This document shows, piece after piece, positions 1 to 10,575 of a stretch of DNA of 64,000 nt (positions within the stretch are counted from its first letter, which is position 1; each line of letters starts with the position of its first letter). The stretch is from assembly GCA_963815455.1 (NCBI GenBank), contig CAWFGO010000001.1, forward strand, positions 1,671,602-1,735,601. Reading direction: 5' to 3'. The stretch is from an uncultured Verrucomicrobiae bacterium (GTDB lineage: Bacteria > Verrucomicrobiota > Verrucomicrobiia > Chthoniobacterales > UBA10450). Both the position numbers and the translations under genes were made by a program. Below the pieces are notes generated by a model that had not been told where the DNA came from, made no database searches, and saw nothing but the letters and a program-made list of their open reading frames with translations.

Positions 1-2
1 AT

Positions 3-497
3 CGGGCGTATAGCCCAACGCTCGGGAGATGGATCAGCCGGGATCCAATGGGAGAAAGCGAGGGACCGAATCTCTATTCTTACGTTGCAAATGATCCGAT
101 CAACATGATTGATCCACTGGGCCTCTTTAATTGGAGAAGATGGGTTCCGCGAGGCCCTTGGTTTTTCGGTACATGTTGCAATAGGTCCGGCGGGATAGAA
201 TGGGCTTCTGTCGCGGGCAGGGGCTGGGTGATGCTTGCGCCTGGCGAGTGTGTTGGCCTTTCAAATATGCAGGATTGCGAGGGGATGACATGCGGCGGCG
301 GATTTTATTATGTAAGCGGGCTTTCGGTCGGCTCGTGCAGCACACCAGGTTGCGACCGGTGGCCCGGAACGAAACGCAGGTGGACTCCTGATCCTACCAC
401 AAGAGATCCCGGCGGCATGTCACCGACTAACGTAGGAATGGGCTTTGGAGATGTCCCGCCAGGCTACCAGTATGGCCCGCGCCGTCCGCGACCTTGA
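3..497 (+). CDS. RHS repeat-associated core protein, 3' end (5'-partial), with Cys-rich C-terminal toxin tip
   Basis: Frame open from the window start: RAYSPTLGRWISRDP...NLYSYVANDPINMIDPLGL is the canonical RHS core end with the PxxxxDPxGL cleavage motif, followed by a ~123-aa variable tip. Confidence 0.9.
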   Translation, partial: RAYSPTLGRWISRDPMGESEGPNLYSYVANDPINMIDPLGLFNWRRWVPRGPWFFGTCCNRSGGIEWASVAGRGWVMLAPGECVGLSNMQDCEGMTCGGGFYYVSGLSVGSCSTPGCDRWPGTKRRWTPDPTTRDPGGMSPTNVGMGFGDVPPGYQYGPRRPRP

Positions 498-516
498 TCT
501 GCCATTACCTGTCCAC

Positions 517-984
517 ATGAGAAATTCTTTATCCATGATTCTGATTAAAGGTGGCGTAGCATCCTTGGCTGCACTTTTGGTTGCGATGCTGGTGTTGAAG
601 GCTTGGCCGAGCCTCTTCGGAAGAGATTGGAACAAGACGTTCGCCAGTTTAACGGATGGAGGGTGCGTCCGTGCGCTGGTCCATGGGTATACGGATAGCC
701 CTTTAGCCGCATGGTACACGAGCTTGCTTTGGAAAAAAGAAGAGGACAAGTGGTTCGTGTACCATTTGAATCATGACGCTTACTTCCAAGACTATAAGCT
801 GTCTCAGCGCGGCTTATATATTGACGTTTTCTGCAACGGCCGGCTGTTAGCAACGTTGAACACGTCTAATAATGAGCTTTTCCACGCCGGCCAAAACATT
901 CTCTACAAGAAGCCTATTGATATTATTCATGACGCGAATCTCGATGATCGCGAAAGATGGACGTATTGGATCAATCGCGAATGA
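517..984 (+). CDS. Putative immunity protein for the upstream RHS tip (N-terminal hydrophobic helix)
   Basis: ATG 19 bp after the RHS stop, visibly AT-richer than the flanking housekeeping genes, no recognisable family; function inferred from position. Confidence 0.5.
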   Translation: MRNSLSMILIKGGVASLAALLVAMLVLKAWPSLFGRDWNKTFASLTDGGCVRALVHGYTDSPLAAWYTSLLWKKEEDKWFVYHLNHDAYFQDYKLSQRGLYIDVFCNGRLLATLNTSNNELFHAGQNILYKKPIDIIHDANLDDRERWTYWINRE

Positions 985-1246
985 AAAACTTGCTTTTTAA
1001 CTTCTATCTCAAGCAGAGGCACCCCCTTTCCAGGCGGCCCAATACGGTGGCAATAACAGCGCCCAGCAACAGCGGGCGGGGAGCAAAACGGGTCGTGTCT
1101 GTATTCTTGTCATAAAAGGACCGAATGGTCGTGGGGTCCACTTCGTTTGCGACGTTAAGCGAGTTTCCTCCGTTCGATTCCGCGGCTAACAGATGTCGAA
1201 AGAGATGGACCGGTCGAGAATCTCAGCGTTTTGTACTGACGTTGCA

Positions 1247-2080
1247 TTAACGCGATTTTTTTTCCAGAATCCGCTCGCGCGCTTTTGATAACCTTCGTCG
1301 TTCGGATTTAGAGAGGCCCTGGAAACCGCGCTGCGAAATCTTTTCCAGTAGCGGATCGATCTCTTCCGTCATCAACTGGTGGGGACTCATGCGAGCGTAG
1401 CGCTCCGCCTCCGCTCGGCGACGATTGAGGAAGCGCTGGAGGAACGACGGGCCGCCGAAACCCAGCAGATGCGCATACAGCCAACCCGCTGCGCAGCCGC
1501 CGAGCAGAGCGCTGTGTCCGACTATTCCGGTACGGCTTGTGCAAATCAGGACGAGCGCAACCCCGACCGTTGCATAAGCGAGGTGTTTTATTTTGATGCG
1601 GACCGGCAAGACGAAGATCAGCGCGTTGAGTTCGAGCTCGGGTAGAATGGTTGCATAGGCGACAACCACAGCCGCAACGCCCCCGGTCGCGGCCAAAAGA
1701 ATAGTGTCGGTCGGCATCAAAAAAAGATGCCCCAGCTCGCCGCCGATTGCTCCCGACAGATAGAGGTAAAGAAAATGGCGCTGGCCGAGAATGGATTCGA
1801 CGTCGCGTCCGAGCAGGTAAAGCATGAACATGTTGCCGGCAAAAATCCACGGGCCGCTGTGGAGAAAAATGGCGGTGGCAAACTGCCAGGCGTAGGCGTC
1901 GTGCACGCCGCGATCGCTGATGCCAAGATACTCTCGGACAAAGCCGGGTTGCCAGGCTTCGAGGACGAGCTGTGCGATAAAAACGGCGACGTTGGTGCCG
2001 ATCAGGCAGAACAGGACGACGCGATGATGGTGCGTCCAATGCCGTGTGTAAAACGGTGCCTTGCGGCCAGAGAGACGCAT
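1247..2080 (-). CDS. Rhomboid-family intramembrane protein with C-terminal DUF6576-like helix; catalytic residues appear lost
   Basis: WQFATAIFLH, GNM and LGRDVE..LG rhomboid motifs, multiple TM helices, C-terminal EEIDPLLEKISQRGFQGLS; AATG replaces GASG and ALLGG replaces AHLGG. Confidence 0.8.
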   Translation of the reverse strand: MRLSGRKAPFYTRHWTHHHRVVLFCLIGTNVAVFIAQLVLEAWQPGFVREYLGISDRGVHDAYAWQFATAIFLHSGPWIFAGNMFMLYLLGRDVESILGQRHFLYLYLSGAIGGELGHLFLMPTDTILLAATGGVAAVVVAYATILPELELNALIFVLPVRIKIKHLAYATVGVALVLICTSRTGIVGHSALLGGCAAGWLYAHLLGFGGPSFLQRFLNRRRAEAERYARMSPHQLMTEEIDPLLEKISQRGFQGLSKSERRRLSKARERILEKKSR

Positions 2081-2166
2081 TGCACGAGAATATCGCAGAC
2101 GACTTTAAATGTCATCAGAATCCGGCTTTCAAGCGCAAAAAGTTACGGGTTGGCCACTTTAAACCT

Positions 2167-2247
2167 GTCATTCCGAGCGAAGTCGAGGAATCCCGTGGCA
2201 ATACCTCCAGCGGCGCGACGGGAGCCTTCGGCTTCGCTCAGGATGAC
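2167..2247. repeat. REP-like palindromic element (GTCATyCyGAG...CTCaGGATGAC family)
   Basis: GTCATTCCGAGCGAAGTCGAGG ... CCTTCGGCTTCGCTCAGGATGAC imperfect inverted repeat; related copies at 32597-32735 and 61417-61553. Confidence 0.75.
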
Positions 2248-3117
2248 CGAGCGCGGGCCGGCGCCAGGACCCGCAGGGCTTTTTCCTGCATCCCGAATTC
2301 GACCGGGCATTTCCCGACCAGTTCGCCGTCGAGCTCGACCGGGACATCCTGGTCGCTGGTGACGCGCAGACGCCGGGTTTGGAAATATTCGATCTCGGGA
2401 ACGCGAATGTCGGAACTAAACACGACGTCCTGGAGATACTTGATAATTTCGAGGTAGCCGAGCCGTTTGAAAACGACGACATCGAACAATCCATCATCAA
2501 TAACGGCGTGTTTGAAAAAAGGAAATGGCCCGCCGTAAAGACGCCCATTGCCGATCAACACGAACGAGCCTTCATCGATCGTTGCATTTTCCGATTCGAT
2601 GAATAGTCGCGGTGGCTTTCGGGCCGCGATCTGCGCCGCCGAGATCAAGTAGCTGAGGGGGCCGAAACTGCGCTTTAAACGCGAGGCTGGTTTCTTTGAC
2701 CACCTGTGCATCGAGACCCACGCCACCGAGCTGAACAAAATACTTTCCATTCGCGTTTGGAAGATCGACAAGTCGCGTGTGCCCGCGCTGGATGATATCC
2801 CAGCAACGCTGGAGATCGTTCGCGGGCAGGCCGAGTTCCATGGCGAAGACGTTTACCGTGCCCATTGGCAAAAGACCCAGGGCCGCGTTGCTTCCGGCGA
2901 GCCCGTTCACGACCTCGTTAATAGTTCCATCGCCTCCGGCGGCGACGATCTTTTCGAAGCCTTCCCGAACCGCATGGCGGGCGAGGCTCTCCGCTTCACC
3001 CGAGCGTGACGTCGCGCGCAGGAGAGATCCGCCGGCGATCGATTCGATTTGCGCGCGCCATCGATTCGCCCGTACGCCGCGTGCCGCCGGATTGAGAATG
3101 ACCACCGTGTCACTCAT
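2238..3117 (-). CDS. Diacylglycerol/sphingosine kinase-family (YegS/BmrU-like) lipid kinase, frameshift near 2675
   Basis: ILNPAA, AAGGDGTINEVVNG, LPMGTVNVFA, GNGRLYGG, DDGLFDV and ELDGE motifs spread over two frames. Confidence 0.88.
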
Positions 3118-3180
3118 CCGGGATGATCTGGAACCGGGCTTTGATCTTTTCTTCAAACTGAGGCTGGGTAACGTCTCCGG

Positions 3181-4725
3181 GTGGGAAAGTTACGCCGAAT
3201 AATTCTGATTGCCGTGGGAGTGGTGGTCGCGCTGGCCGCGATTGTCCTGATGGGCGTGAACTTGTATGTGCAATCGCAGGCGACACAAGCGAAGATTCAG
3301 CAGGAACTCAGCCATCATCTCGGTACGCAGATTAGCATTCGTCAGATCAGCGTGACTCCGTGGGGCGGACTCAAATTGAGCGGCATCGCCATTCCTCAAG
3401 CGTCCACCGTGAGTTCGAGCGACTTTCTCACAGCCAAAACCTTCCAGCTTCGAATCCGTTTTTTTTCCCTCTTTGCCCGGCGTCTGGTGATTAAGGAGGT
3501 ATCACTGGTCAATCCCGATGTTGTTTGGCCGCAAAACTCCGAGGGAAAATGGAGATTGCCGGGCCCGGCTGAAGAAAAAGTCGCGGCCTCGGAGACGGAA
3601 ACCGATGCTGCACCGTCGAGATCGGCGACGCCGGCCGCGGCGGAAACGGCCGGCACGCCGATTGAACCGTCAAGAAACGTGGCGAGTGCGAAAGTGGCGA
3701 AGGACGACGCCGGCATCTCGGTCTCAACCCAAGTTCAGCGGATCAACGTGCGGCACGGTAACTTCAGTTTCCTCGACCGTTTTGGCGCAATCGTTGGGAA
3801 TTTCCAAGATGTCGATTTTCGGTCTAACGTGCGCGGCCCGGCTTCCATTCGCGGCAACGCCAAGGTTGCGAAAATCTCGCTGCGCGATCGCTTCTTCCTT
3901 GATCGCCTGCAGTCGCCGTTCAGTTACGAACCGGATGTCCTGGAACTTTCCAAAATATCCGCGCATGCGGGCGGCGGTGAAATCCACGGCCATTTTGCCA
4001 TGCAACCCGAGTCCGAGGATTCGCCGTTTACAGCCAGCGTGACATTTAAAGATGTCCAGGCCGATCAAATTATTACTGATGCCGGCGGTCCCAAGGGGAT
4101 GGTGCAGGGTAAACTGGAGGGAAACTTCGAAGCCTCCGGCAAAACGGCCGATCCCGACGCGCTAACCGGCGCCGGCGAGATTTTCCTGCGGGATGGCCAG
4201 GTGCGTCAATATAGCCTGCTGGTTGCGCTGGGGCAGCTTCTGCAAATCGAAGAGCTCACCCAGCTTCAGCTCGAGCAGGCGCAGTCGAAATATCACGTCA
4301 CTCCCGGGTTGGTCACCATTGATCAGCTCGTGTTGCGCTCACCGAATATTCGGCTTTCGGCAACCGGCACGGTCACGTTCAACGGCAAGCTGAAGCTCGA
4401 ATCTCAGTTGGCCATCAACGAAAAAATTCGCGGCCAACTTTTCAAAATGATCCGCGATAATTTTCAGCCAATCGATGAACCCGGATATTATGCGCTCGAT
4501 TTCCATGTCGGCGGGACGGTGGAACGCCCGAAGACAAATCTGATGGATCGAGTGGTCGGTCGCGGTCTTAAGGATTTGGTGGACGGCTTCTTTGGCAGCG
4601 GAAAACCAAAGAAGAAAAAGCGCGAAGCGGAAACGAGTGAAGAAGCCACGTCGTCGCCAACACCAGCGGCAGATGAGAGCCCGGCCGCGGACGAATCCCC
4701 GGCGGAAACAGCATCACCGCCATGA
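3181..4725 (+). CDS. AsmA-like family protein
   Basis: N-terminal membrane anchor followed by a long beta-rich body (RRLVIKEVSLVNP, LSATGTVTF, VGGTVERPK). Confidence 0.65.
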   Translation: MGKLRRIILIAVGVVVALAAIVLMGVNLYVQSQATQAKIQQELSHHLGTQISIRQISVTPWGGLKLSGIAIPQASTVSSSDFLTAKTFQLRIRFFSLFARRLVIKEVSLVNPDVVWPQNSEGKWRLPGPAEEKVAASETETDAAPSRSATPAAAETAGTPIEPSRNVASAKVAKDDAGISVSTQVQRINVRHGNFSFLDRFGAIVGNFQDVDFRSNVRGPASIRGNAKVAKISLRDRFFLDRLQSPFSYEPDVLELSKISAHAGGGEIHGHFAMQPESEDSPFTASVTFKDVQADQIITDAGGPKGMVQGKLEGNFEASGKTADPDALTGAGEIFLRDGQVRQYSLLVALGQLLQIEELTQLQLEQAQSKYHVTPGLVTIDQLVLRSPNIRLSATGTVTFNGKLKLESQLAINEKIRGQLFKMIRDNFQPIDEPGYYALDFHVGGTVERPKTNLMDRVVGRGLKDLVDGFFGSGKPKKKKREAETSEEATSSPTPAADESPAADESPAETASPP

Positions 4726-5321
4726 GAGTCATCGCCGGCAGCGCCGGCGGCGTCCCCCTCGCTGTCCCGAAAAAGGGCGTCCGTCCCACCATGGACCGCG
4801 TCAAAGCCGCGATTTTTTCCAGTCTGGGCGAAGCGGTCATCGGAGCGAAGATTCTCGATCTTTTCGCCGGGACCGGCGCCCTCGGAATCGAAGCGCTCAG
4901 CCGTGGCGCAGCCTCCGCCATTTTTGTTGAGGAAGATCGACAGTCGGTTGCGGCAATCGAAAAAAATCTGGCGAAAACGAAACTGAAAGGTGGCGTACGG
5001 CAGGAAAACGTTTTTGATTTTGTGCAGCGCGCTGCCGGGAAGGAAAAATTCGACATTGTTTTTGCCGATCCGCCCTACGAAAAGACGAAGTCAGGCGAGC
5101 GTTTTACGGAGAAACTACTGGCAAACGATGTCTTGCCTCGTTTGCTCGAGCCCGATGGCATCTTTGTTCTCGAGAAACGTCCGGGCGAAACTCTTCCAGA
5201 AATGAAACAGTGGAACCTGATTCGCCAAAAAACCTACGGCGCGACCGAGGTTCTGTTTTTGCAATTCGAAAGCGATGCGGGGACGCACCGCACTCCAAAG
5301 CACTGCGTGCGAAATCAGTGA
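4722..5321 (+). CDS. rsmD: 16S rRNA (guanine966-N2)-methyltransferase
   Basis: MRVIAG, RPTMDRVKAAIF, LDLFAGTGALGIEALSRGA, FADPPY, YG. Confidence 0.95.
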   Translation: MRVIAGSAGGVPLAVPKKGVRPTMDRVKAAIFSSLGEAVIGAKILDLFAGTGALGIEALSRGAASAIFVEEDRQSVAAIEKNLAKTKLKGGVRQENVFDFVQRAAGKEKFDIVFADPPYEKTKSGERFTEKLLANDVLPRLLEPDGIFVLEKRPGETLPEMKQWNLIRQKTYGATEVLFLQFESDAGTHRTPKHCVRNQ

Positions 5322-5378
5322 GGGCATGTTCTGTTTTCGCGAAGCTTTCGGAGTGCGACGCCGTCCTCGCGTCGCTTT
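5269..5378. repeat. REP-like inverted repeat pair (GCACTCCAAAGC / GCTTTcGGAGTGCG family)
   Basis: AAAGCGA..CGCACTCCAAAGC ... GCTTTCGGAGTGCG..TCGCTTT; a half copy lies at ~32749-32780. Confidence 0.65.
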
Positions 5379-5405
5379 TTAAGACATGATTCAATTTCGA
5401 AACAA

Positions 5406-6725
5406 ATGATTCGCTTCATTTACAATCTGCTGTGGCCGCTCGGGCTGCTGTTTTTTTTGCCGGGTTATTTGGTAAAAATGTTTCGGCGCGGCGGTTATCG
5501 GGAGAAATTCGGACAACGCTTCGGAATGTACGATGTCGATCTTTGCCGGCGCCTGTCGCAGCGAAGATCGACATGGTTGCACGCGGTGAGCGTGGGCGAG
5601 GTTGCCATTGCGTTAAAACTGGCCAACGCGTTGCGCATTGTTCAGCCGGATTTGCCTTGTGTCCTCACAACGACCACCACCACCGGATTCGCTTTTGCCC
5701 GGAAGAACGCCCCGCCCTGGATGGAAGTGATGTATACCCCGCTCGATTTCTGGCCCGTCATGCGGCGCGCATTCGATGTTGTTCAACCGGCACGAATTCT
5801 TTTGGTCGAGGCCGAAGTCTGGCCAAACCTGGCCGCGTTCGCGCACGCCCGTAAAATTCCAATCGCGTTGGTCAACGCCCGCCTCTCGCCGCGATCCGAA
5901 CAAAGAATGCGCCGCTTTCGCTCTTTTGTTGGGCCAACTTTTCGGCTGCTCGATCTGGTTTGCGTGCAAACTGCCGAAGACATCGATCGGTGGACGGCGC
6001 TCGGGGTGGATCGGGCCCGAATCAAAAATGTCGGCAGTATTAAGTACGATTCGGAAAACACCGTTGTCGATGCAAACACGCCTCGAAAAGTTCTGACCGA
6101 CTTTGGCCTCGATAATCGGGTGGTCATATTTGGCGGCAGCACCCATGCCGGCGAAGAGAAGATTCTGGCCGAGGTTTTTCGGGCGTTGCGCCGGGACTTT
6201 GTCGATCTTCTCCTGGTGCTCGCGCCGCGACACACCGAGCGAACCCCCGAAGTTCAACGGGTGCTCGAGGAAGGCCGCTTCAGTGTAGCTTTGCGAACTC
6301 AACCGCCGATTCTCGATCGACCGATCGACTGCTTGATTCTCGATTCAACCGGGGAATTACGGGATTGGTACGGAATTGCCACCCTCGCGTTCATCGGAAA
6401 AAGTCTGATCGGCCGGGGTGGACAGAATCCGGCCGAAGCCATTCTGGCCGGCAAGCCGGTTTTGTTCGGGCCTCACATGGAAAACTTCGCCGCGCTGGCT
6501 GAGTCGCTCCTGGCGCAAGGTGGCGCGGTCCAGGTCAGTTCCGCGACCGAACTACGGCGGGCGATGGCCAGCCTTTTGCCCGATCCGGAACGGCGGGCAA
6601 AGATGGTACAAAACGCTCGCAAAGTCCTGGAGATGCATCGGGGCGCAACCGCGCGGACCGCGGAATTGATTGTCGATCTTCGATCAGGAGCACCCGCCTT
6701 CGCTGCGCTCTGGCGTGGCGAGTGA
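5406..6725 (+). CDS. waaA: 3-deoxy-D-manno-octulosonic acid (Kdo) transferase
   Basis: WLHAVSVGE, EAEVWPN, NARLS, GSIKYD, GSTHAGEE, APRH, GGQNPAE, GPHMENF. Confidence 0.95.
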   Translation: MIRFIYNLLWPLGLLFFLPGYLVKMFRRGGYREKFGQRFGMYDVDLCRRLSQRRSTWLHAVSVGEVAIALKLANALRIVQPDLPCVLTTTTTTGFAFARKNAPPWMEVMYTPLDFWPVMRRAFDVVQPARILLVEAEVWPNLAAFAHARKIPIALVNARLSPRSEQRMRRFRSFVGPTFRLLDLVCVQTAEDIDRWTALGVDRARIKNVGSIKYDSENTVVDANTPRKVLTDFGLDNRVVIFGGSTHAGEEKILAEVFRALRRDFVDLLLVLAPRHTERTPEVQRVLEEGRFSVALRTQPPILDRPIDCLILDSTGELRDWYGIATLAFIGKSLIGRGGQNPAEAILAGKPVLFGPHMENFAALAESLLAQGGAVQVSSATELRRAMASLLPDPERRAKMVQNARKVLEMHRGATARTAELIVDLRSGAPAFAALWRGE

Positions 6726-6796
6726 GCAAGAGCAGGGACGAGTCGATGTCCATTTGCCTTGGCCGCAACGAATGGAATATTGCCCGGCTCTTTATC

Positions 6797-6872
6797 GACC
6801 CTATCGTCTAGAGGCCTAGGACACCGCCCTTTCACGGCGGTAACACGGGTTCGAATCCCGTTAGGGTCGCCA
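6797..6872 (+). tRNA. tRNA-Glu (TTC)
   Basis: GACCCTA/TAGGGTC acceptor stem, CCGCC-CTTTCAC-GGCGG anticodon arm, GGTTCGAATCC T-arm, encoded CCA. Confidence 0.97.
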
Positions 6873-6958
6873 TTTATCTTCATAGGTAAATCAGGCGATT
6901 CGTGTCCAATTTCAGATTCGGCGTGACAAAAACGTGACAGATCTTCAGGATCGGACGC

Positions 6959-8175
6959 GTGAAAGCGAAACGCGTCGAGGTGAAAGAGGGGAAGCGTCTC
7001 TGTTCCCATTTACAGATTTTCTGATGGAAGATTTTGCGTCGACACGCTGGTTGGAAAAAGGCGGAAGCGAATCACCCGCGCCTCACTCGACGCAGCGAAA
7101 ATCGAAGCTCGGAAACTCATCGCGCAGATTGCTTCGGGCCGCGCGCACGAGGAGCGAATGACGCTCGCAGAAGTCGAGGATTACCGGCTCGCGAAGAACA
7201 AGGTGGCTCCATTCGGAATGTCACTGCTCAGCGCTGTGGAGGAATGGATCGCGGGACGGGGCAAGACGCACCGCATCATTTCCAAGACGGCGGCCGAAGT
7301 TGTCGAGGAGTTCCTCACATCGAAGCGCGTCGAAGGCGTGAGTTTCTTCCACTTGGAAGATCGGAAATACCGGATGAAAAAATTTGCCGCTGCATTCCCA
7401 GGCCGCATCGATCAAATCAGCACGCACGAAATTGAGGTTTGGTTGAATGGCCTCGGAATCAGCGGGCGCACGCGCAACAACTACCGCAACGCGGTCCTTC
7501 AACTTTTCCGCTACGCGCGCGGCAAGCGTTATCTGCCGCGGAATGAGCCGACCGTGGTCGAGGACGTGGCGTCGGCGAATCCGGCTGAGGGCGCAATTCA
7601 AATCTACACGCCGCAAGAGCTGCGCCTGCTTCTCTCACACGCTCCCGCGAAACTGCTGCCCTTTTTTGCGATCGGCGCATTCGCCGGTCTGCGGAGCCAG
7701 GAAATCATGCGGCTCGATTGGAGCGAAATCCGGTTCGAGCAAGACTTCATCGAAGTCGCTGCGGCGAAGGCGAAGACAGCCTCCCGGCGCCTCGCACCAC
7801 TCCTGCCCTGCGCTCGCCGCGTGGCTGTTGCCGCTGCGCCAGAAATTAGGTCACGTTGTCGGCTACACGCGCAACGACATGCTCTGCGAAGCGCGGCAGC
7901 GGTTCTGCAAGAGCGGTATCAAAGTGGGAGACGAGGTTTTTGAATTCAGGTGGAAGCCAAATGCGCTGCGGCACAGCTACGCAAGCTATCGACTGGCCGA
8001 TATCAAGGACGCCGCGCGGGTCGCGCTGGAGATGGGCAACTCGCCGGCAATGCTCTTTCGCAATTACCGCGAGCTTGTGACCGAGAAACAAGCGGCAGAA
8101 TGGTTCGCTGTACTTCCCGAAACCAAAAGATCCGCAAAACCAACCCCGAAAGAAATCGCGCGACAAGCCGCTTAA
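6959..8175 (+). CDS. Tyrosine recombinase/phage-type integrase (frameshifts near 6990 and 7815)
   Basis: FAGLRSQEI (Arg), AKT (Lys), NALRHSYASY, EMGNS, FRNYRE (Tyr); the N-terminal arm continues upstream of 7158 to GTG 6959. Confidence 0.9.
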
Positions 8176-9540
8176 CTGCGCGATTTGATCAAGAACTCCT
8201 CCATAAATACGACGAGTTCTTGAAGGCGATAGCGCACTAAATGTGAACTGACTTTGCGCGGATGAATGAATCCGAGACGGACCCACTCCTTGAACTGTGA
8301 TTCGCCGACGGAGAGAAATTTGCATGCGCCTTTGAGATCGAGATAGCCGCTGAAATCATTGATATCGCGAAAGCTGTTTTTCGACGGCTTCGCTGACGGC
8401 GCGAATCAACAATTCATCTAGGAACTTCAACGCGCAACATGCTTAAGACAGTAACCTGCTCGTGATGTTTCCTTGCGCTAATTTCGGCGCAGGTTTCCTT
8501 CCCTCGGGGAATGGAGTGCAGATGCTCAGGACGCATCGTTTACTCAATAGGGGCGATAACAACAGTGCGCGGCTCGAATGGCGTATTGTGTTTCATCCCA
8601 AAACCTCGAACGCGCCGGAACGCCAAGACGAGTTATCCGCCAAGTCGGGGTCGTAATCGGCGACCCAAACTGTTTTGTCCACGGAAGATTCCGTGAGCTT
8701 TGTTACGAGGGACGCCCTACCCCTTAGCAGTTACTAAGGAATTTCTGACTTGCCGCTAACCCGCTCGCGATCTGACGACCGCAACGCGCCGACATCGCAG
8801 CGCACACGCAATCCTTCAATAACGTTTGCCCGTGCATTCATGCCGCTGTCACCGACGAGTCATGCCAAGTTGCGTGTCGCCGAAGGATGGCATCGTAAGA
8901 CTGTGGCAAAGGGGTGCTTCACTCCGGCTCGTCCGGAGTTGCTCGCAACTGCCGACGTGGTAGCGGGAAGCGATTCGATCGCGCGATTGCTCACGGAGGT
9001 GAATCTCGACGACGCGCCGCAACGAGCACCGAGACGATCCAGCCATCGGCATGCGGCTGTTCGCACACCGACTGCTGCGCGAACGGCGGCCGTCCCAGCG
9101 ATCATCGAGGCATTGCGACGCACACAATCCCCTGTTCCGCCAGTCGCATACCGAAGTGCCGTCGAGCGATTCGCCAATCGGTTGTGCGCAACAACGGCAT
9201 GTTGAGTTTGACCAAGTAATAGTGCCCTGCGGCCTAACAACGATAGCGCCATTTCGGAGCCTACGCGGTCCGGTTCCTTTATGTCATTTGCGGCTTTTCC
9301 ATAGCCGAAACGATGCGATTTCCTTGGCGCGCCGTAGCCTTGTGCGAAGGCGGCTCCTGGGACGGACCCCTGAAGCAGGCCATTTTCCAGTCGGAATGCG
9401 GATCATTGCAGTGCGATTGCGACGATGACCTCAACTGTTGGCGGATTCCAGACAAAGGTGATCGAGAAGCCGGCGAAAATCGCCAACAGAGCGCCTATTG
9501 AGATTTGGCAAATAGCCGCCAGTGCCGGCACCCATTGCAT

Positions 9541-10260
9541 CTAGACCGGGCGGAGATCGTAGATGTCCGCCTCGCTTTGGTCGGGCTGCCGTGGATCGTA
9601 AAAAACCCGGACCTTATCGCCGTGATTCCAGCGCCCCATCATTCTAGATGGGAGATCGGGGCTTCGGCCGGAATGTTTCTTGCCGTCTACAATGTAGCGG
9701 TAGCGGAAAAAGGGCGGATGCTTTCCATTGATGGTAATGCTCTGGTCGAATTCGAAGCTTGTGATGTCGGCATCTACTCCCGAGCCTATCCGTAAGAGCG
9801 CGAGGCGTCTCATGATTTTCCGGCTGGCCACCACGACAAACGTCCAGCCAAGGCCGCCGAAAATGACGCCGAGAAGACCAAACACTGACGGCAGGACCCA
9901 CCATGCGTCATCAATCTCCCCGGCCAGTCGATTGCGGTCTGGATATTCCGGGAGATAGCGAATCGGGAGGCTATCGCCGTCTGTGAAGCGGCGCCACTTC
10001 TCCCACTTCACGTGTGCCTGCCGAATGTGCTCTCGGCCAAGCTGATCGTTGAAAACATATTTCAACCAGTAGGTGCTACTCGAATTGCGGCTGGAGCTGT
10101 GGCCTTTCTCCACCAGGGTGGCGGTGGCAACAACTCCATCCCTAAGAATCTCGCGCTCCACCCCGAGCTGATAAAGAGCAACCACCAGAAACGGTGTACC
10201 CACGACGGCGAAGAGCAGTCCGAACCAAAAGAAAAAGGATCCGCGGATATAATTAAACAT
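9541..10260 (-). CDS. Membrane protein with two DUF3592-like domains
   Basis: TM-[GVVATAT..YVF..GD.LPIRYLPEYP]-TM-[G..ADI..YRYIVDGK..GDKVRVFYDPRQP] repeat. Confidence 0.75.
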   Translation of the reverse strand: MFNYIRGSFFFWFGLLFAVVGTPFLVVALYQLGVEREILRDGVVATATLVEKGHSSSRNSSSTYWLKYVFNDQLGREHIRQAHVKWEKWRRFTDGDSLPIRYLPEYPDRNRLAGEIDDAWWVLPSVFGLLGVIFGGLGWTFVVVASRKIMRRLALLRIGSGVDADITSFEFDQSITINGKHPPFFRYRYIVDGKKHSGRSPDLPSRMMGRWNHGDKVRVFYDPRQPDQSEADIYDLRPV

Positions 10261-10575
10261 AAGGCGGCCGGTGCCGGTACCTCGCCACCAGCGTGCACGG
10301 GGGAACGCAAAGAAAGTCTGGGACCGCAAAAACTCTGGCAACGGATTCGACAGGCCAGTTCAAGATTCTCATCCTTTTCTGGCCCGTGTCCGCCGAGACA
10401 TTCGCAACCGCTTTGAGCTTTCGCCTGTGGAAAGCGAATCGCTTCACGGGCTTGAGGCTGACAAATGGGCATTTCGGCGTCAAGACCGGGGTTGCTGAAC
10501 CTGGCCCGGGCGCGGGGATTAGCGTTGACCTCTGCCACCGCCCTGTGTCACAAAGGACTCGTTAGCGGATTCACG

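Noticed and set aside
8180..9530. Protein-coding genes in the region after the island integrase
   Set aside because: The ORFs on both strands lack recognisable motifs or consistent starts; left unannotated as probable degenerate or non-coding island DNA.
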